NCBI GenBank assembly: GCA_963976765.1
Contig: CAXBME010000007.1
Location: forward strand, 186,001-250,000
DNA length: 64,000 bases
From: an uncultured Planctomycetaceae bacterium
Lineage (GTDB): Bacteria; Planctomycetota; Planctomycetia; Planctomycetales; Planctomycetaceae
Direction of reading: 5' to 3'
This document shows positions 62,176-64,000 of this stretch, in pieces (position 1 is the first letter of the stretch; the number at the start of each line of letters is the position of its first letter). A program made the position numbers and the translations under genes. The notes beneath the pieces were generated by a model. That model worked only from the letters and a program-made list of their open reading frames with translations. It did no database searches and had not been told where the DNA came from.

Positions 62176-64000
62176 ATGGTTGAACGATCTGGAGGAGAGG
62201 CGAGAGCTGCGGACTTCAGTGCGGAAAGCGGTTCCGTCGTGTCTAAGCAGTACCTTGATCTGCTGCGGCGAGTCTTTCCGATCCGGCGTCTGTTCCGTGG
62301 ACACTCACTGCGAGCGTTCATCTGGTGCATTGTCGGGATGGCTGCTTTCGCGGCAGTCCTCGTCGGCACTTTCCTGATCGTCGCGTTGTTGAATTCCCGC
62401 GGTGTGGTCACGATCGATTCGCACCACGTTGCCGAGTACGAGCGGCTCTTCCACAGCGGCGACGAAAACCTTTCGAACAGCGAGCCAGGCGAGCCGAATC
62501 CGCCACCGCGTGTACTGACCGGACTCGGTCTGAAAGCAGTCGCCTGGGAGCTGCGGCACCGTTCCTGGGGCAGGTTGCTGGCCTGGTCCTGTCAGAAATT
62601 CCCAGGTTTGCAAGCCACCGATTCTGCATTGACGTGGCTGCTCGCTCTCGGACTGGTGATGGGATTTCTCCACAGCGCGGCCATGACTCAGGTGGTAACG
62701 CTGGCTTCGCGAGCGGCTGGGCATACAGCCGGACAACTTCGCCAGTCTCTGCACCGTCATTCGATTCGCATGGGCACCAGCGATCTTGTCGACGCTCGAA
62801 CTGCCGAAGTCATGGAACTGTTTACAACGGAAGTTGAGACGGTCCGCGCCGGAATCGACAAGTGGATCCGAACAATTTTTCGCAGCCCGATGCAGTTGCT
62901 GGTTCTGGTGACGCTGGCAGTCACCCTCAACTGGATGATGACGATCGAATGTCTATTGCCGCTTCTGGCGTGCTGGTATCTGGTTCGCCGTGAACGTCGA
63001 CACCTCGATCGAGAGCAGATTTTGAATCTCGACCGAGCGACGACGGATCTCAAACTGCTCGGCGAAGGGATCCGAAAGAGCCGGCTTGTTCGCGGTTACC
63101 AGTTGGAAGCCAACGAAGACCAGCGTTTCGAAAAGCACCTCGCGCGATACCAGGGAAGGCTGCACGAAATCGAACAACGGGAACGTCGCGCCTTCTGGCT
63201 GTCGCGCATGTTGGGACTGACGTGTTTCTCGCTCGTGCTGTTTCTGCTCGGTGCAAGAATGCAGGGGGTGCCCGATTCGCCGGAACATCTCACGCTCGCC
63301 GAAGGCCTGCTGCTGCTCTCGTGTTTTGCGCTTGGCCTGAAGCCGATCGAATCAATCGCGAACCTGAGACGAATTCAGAACGACGCCGGACTGGCAGCCG
63401 AACGAATTTACCGATACCTCAACACCATTCCTGAAGTCGGTCAGGCAGTCGGAGCAAAGTTCCTGCAACCGCTCGAAAAAATGATCGTGATGGAGAAAGT
63501 TGTTTACCGACTCGGAAAACGAAATTTGCTCAACAAAGTGTCGCTCAAGATTCCCGCATCGGGCACGACTGCCGTCGTCGCTTTTGACCCTCTCGAAGCG
63601 CGTGCTCTCATCTCTTTGCTGCCAAGGTTTATCGAACCTCATGCTGGCCGTGTTCTCATTGATGGAGAAGATATCAATTGGGCGACGCTGGAATCACTCC
63701 GTGCAGAAACGCTCCTCGTCGGCGGCAAAGAACCGTGGTTCACAGGCACAATTCTGGAGAACATTACCGGCGGCGAATCGCGATTTTCGCTGACTCAGGC
63801 GACTGAAGCAGCCAAGATGGTTCACGCGCACAACTTCATTCAGAAACTTCCGCAGGGCTACGAAACGACGATTGGAGAACACGGCGATCAGCTACGTGAC
63901 GTCCAGGGTTTTCTGTTAGCGCTGGCTCGAGCCGTGCTTCGCGACCCGGCGTTGCTGATCATCGAAGAACCGTTGCTTGAAATGACCGGCGATGAGAAAG
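62176..64000 (+). CDS. ABC exporter-like protein (TMD + degenerate NBD); runs off the window; absent from the ORF track
   Basis: Frame 1 open from ATG 62176 (or GTG 62239) to the end; ...LLPRFIEPHAGRVLIDG...FIQKLPQGYETTIGEHG...LARAVLRDPALLIIEEP. Confidence 0.9.
   Translation, partial: MVERSGGEARAADFSAESGSVVSKQYLDLLRRVFPIRRLFRGHSLRAFIWCIVGMAAFAAVLVGTFLIVALLNSRGVVTIDSHHVAEYERLFHSGDENLSNSEPGEPNPPPRVLTGLGLKAVAWELRHRSWGRLLAWSCQKFPGLQATDSALTWLLALGLVMGFLHSAAMTQVVTLASRAAGHTAGQLRQSLHRHSIRMGTSDLVDARTAEVMELFTTEVETVRAGIDKWIRTIFRSPMQLLVLVTLAVTLNWMMTIECLLPLLACWYLVRRERRHLDREQILNLDRATTDLKLLGEGIRKSRLVRGYQLEANEDQRFEKHLARYQGRLHEIEQRERRAFWLSRMLGLTCFSLVLFLLGARMQGVPDSPEHLTLAEGLLLLSCFALGLKPIESIANLRRIQNDAGLAAERIYRYLNTIPEVGQAVGAKFLQPLEKMIVMEKVVYRLGKRNLLNKVSLKIPASGTTAVVAFDPLEARALISLLPRFIEPHAGRVLIDGEDINWATLESLRAETLLVGGKEPWFTGTILENITGGESRFSLTQATEAAKMVHAHNFIQKLPQGYETTIGEHGDQLRDVQGFLLALARAVLRDPALLIIEEPLLEMTGDEK

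Overview
Chromosomal window of a GC-rich bacterium, most likely a planctomycete. That assignment is inferred from the DUF1549/DUF1553 + DUF1501 genes, the H4MPT formyltransferase and the L17 insertion. The window opens with the end of the spc/alpha ribosomal cluster (rplO end, secY, rpmJ, rpsM, rpsK, rpoA, rplQ). It continues with mixed housekeeping and accessory genes: fhcD, trpF, DUF1015, bioB, a frameshifted Na+/solute symporter, msrB, dapB, an M48 protease + 3x TIGR00266/AIM24 operon, two sugar-acid epimerases, a czcBA-type heavy-metal RND locus with small flanking proteins, aroC, trmB, rpmI-rplT-pheS, three DUF1549/1553 genes, an rpe-pseudophosphatase-accD-kinase-purN run, HEAT and FG-GAP proteins, a ferredoxin, an M28 peptidase, a sulfite reductase, rfbD and two ABC genes. 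I found no tRNA, rRNA, CRISPR array or intact transposase. The signals the ORF track does not explain are: (1) a ~176-nt nested-hairpin candidate RNA (4731-4906) that abuts a strong RBS and a 28-aa stub ORF; (2) a pseudo-phosphatase/AccD/kinase run whose kinase has a Tyr-kinase-like catalytic loop; (3) a hidden frameshifted lipoprotein gene at 39436-39766; (4) a decayed ORF bracketed by two REPIN-like elements; (5) several families of intergenic palindromes. All calls come from reading motifs by eye; no searches or folding programs were run.
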